A stretch of DNA of 64,000 nt. Origin: Chiloscyllium plagiosum (lineage: Eukaryota). Below, piece after piece: positions 61,878 to 64,000 of this stretch. Under the pieces are notes generated by a model. The model had not been told where the DNA came from. It did not search any database and saw only the letters and a program-made list of their open reading frames with translations. The stretch lies in assembly GCF_004010195.1 (NCBI RefSeq), contig NC_057718.1:88802229-88866228 (forward strand). The letters run 5' to 3'. Each line of letters begins with the position of its first letter. Within the stretch, counting starts at the first letter, position 1. The translations under genes were made by a program, and so were the position numbers.

Positions 61878-64000
61878 TTTCTTTTTTGAAATATTTTTAT
61901 TGAAAACTTTTTCTTTACAAAATTCTAAAGTTACGAAAATAAGAAAATGTAGCATTGTAACAACAAAAGCAGCAATAAACCAACTACTCTACAAATGAAA
62001 TCAAAACTACACTTATTACAAATCAATAAATAAATAAATAATGCAGCTCAGCGCAACAAGACCATAGCTCTCAACCTTTGAGAGCATCAATTATTAAACC
62101 CACATTTGTTTGAAATTCTTCTCTCAGGGCATTAGATTTATTAAACCAAACCATTATGGCTCGACAAAAGCCCTAATCAAAATGGCAGACAGATCTGCTT
62201 CCAAATAATTCAAAAAAGGTGGCCATGTCTTATAAAAAATGTCCATTTTCTGGTGCACCATATTTGTGAGAAAGTCCAAAGGGATGTGTTCCATAATTAA
62301 CTTACACCACCCTGAAAGATCCGGGGGGGGGGGGTTTCAATCACCCAGCACATCAGAATGTTCTTCCTCGCACAAAAAGTGAGCATGTTAAAAAGCTTTT
62401 TCCCATGTACATTTAGGGAGATAAATTTGGCAAACCCAGGAGCAGAGAGACCTGGCGCACCTTGACTTCAGTCCCCAAGACCCCCTCGATTACTCCTGCC
62501 ACAGCGCTCCAGTATATATGGAGACTGTGGCAGGACCACAAACAATGAGTGAGGGTACCCATATTTATTTTACACTTGGGGCACATTGAGGACGCACCCT
62601 GCTGAAATTTTGCAAGACGATCTGGGACCAGATGAGCCCTGTGAGGAATCTTTAACTGCACAGCATGGGTCCTATTACATATCGAAATGTTTCTCGCGTT
62701 CTCACAAATGTCCTCCCATGTTTCCAGAATGATCTCAACTCCTAACTCTTTCTCCCAGACCTCACGTAAAAGCTCAGCGTCACCCGAGGAACCTCCCCCC
62801 CAACAAGTTAGATTAGACTCCCGATAGTGTGGAAACAGGCCCTTTGGCCCAACAAGTCCACACCGACCCTCCGAAGAGTAACCCGCCCAGACCCATTTCC
62901 CTCTGACTGATGCACCTAACACTATGGGCAATTTAGCATGGCCAATTCACCTAACCTGTACCATGGGCAATTTAGCATGGCCAATTCACTTAACCTGCAC
63001 ACCTTTGGACTGTGGGAGGAAACCAGAGCACCCAGAGGTAACCCACACAGACGCAGGGAGAATGTGCAAACTCCACACAGACAGTCACCCGAGGCCAGAA
63101 TCGAACCCGGGTCCCTTGTGCTGTGAGGCTGCAGTGCTACCACTGAGCCACCGAGAGCACTCACTGAAAGAGTGCTCTCAGCCTGAAGCCCCCTCTTTTC
63201 CATATCAGATCTATAACACTCAGTCAGATGTATGGTCTCCTTTTGGATAGAATCTTTAAAATGAAAGAAATGGAAGAGGTCCCTACTGGACAATCCATAT
63301 TTTGGAATCATTTGATCAAATGACATCAACATTTCACCCTCAAACAGATCACCCAAACAAGAAACTCCCCTATCTGCCCAAAGTTTAAACCCAGGATCCA
63401 TTGTCCTTAGCCAGAAACCCAGCCAACTATGGGAGTAAGAAAAGATGTTTTAGACATATTACTCTCTATCTGCCTCATTGCGCTCTGTCCTTTGATGTTG
63501 TTAGTAACTATTGGATTATGGCTGTGTCCTGCAACTGTCCTGATTTTGTCTAAAAACAGCAGGTTGATAAGAGGACACTTTGTCTGGGACGCCTCAATGT
63601 CCAAACATGTCGACACCAAGTCCTCACAGGCCCAGTCACTTACAAACGATAGGAGGGAGCTCAGTTGATATCATCTAATGTCCAGGAGGTCCATTCCCCC
63701 CAACCCCTGGGGCAACTGCAGTTTCCCAAGCTTAATAAAGGGCCGCTTATAGCGTCAAATAAACAAACTAAACCAGCCATTCAATTTCCGAAATGTACAA
63801 TAAGTGAGAAAGAACATTCATTTTGATAAGAGCATCTCGACCCAACCATCATCTTGGAAGGGGCTCCCCCATCTTTGAAGGTCTTGTTTAACCTTGTCAA
63901 ATAAATAAACAAAATTAGCCTCTAATAACTGATTAAAGCTAGGAGGTAACAGAGCGGCCCAAATAAAGAAAACCTCCCTGTGTCCACTTAAAGGGGAACC
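61878..64000 (-). mobile_element. Second L1-clade LINE, 3' ORF2 and 3' UTR; runs off the window end
   Basis: WEKELGVEI..ETWEDIC and CPKC...GTLTHCLWSC zinc knuckle; similar to 1860-3600. Minus-strand AATAAA and T-rich tail at ~61880-61900. Confidence 0.87.
62808..63153 (-). mobile_element. HE1-like SINE inserted in the L1, with an internal 39-bp tandem duplication
   Basis: atgggcaatttagcatggccaattcac.taacctg repeated at 62924 and 62963. Confidence 0.88.

Overview
Eukaryotic, repeat-rich DNA, almost certainly a shark or other cartilaginous fish, judged from HE1-like SINEs, CR1/HER1 LINEs and Deu-domain SINEs. The only host gene is the 3' part of CCDC170 on the + strand: seven coding exons, all phase 0, from 1149 to the stop at 51778. 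Its introns and downstream region hold a decayed L1-type LINE interrupted by a Gmr1-type Gypsy LTR element (integrase before RT), which is itself interrupted by an HE1 SINE. They also hold a second L1, several Penelope-like elements (RT and GIY-YIG remnants), solo LTRs, many CR1 and SINE copies, and two assembly gaps. The most notable signals are three. First, a population of very short, often palindromic Penelope-derived insertions carries minimal hammerhead-ribozyme motifs and is flanked by 8-18 bp target-site duplications. Second, one such hammerhead hairpin supplies the first AATAAA after the CCDC170 stop codon. Third, an apparent pre-tRNA-Gly/HE1-SINE chimeric retro-insertion sits at about 60.95-61.37 kb. 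All family assignments come from recalled motifs, not database searches.
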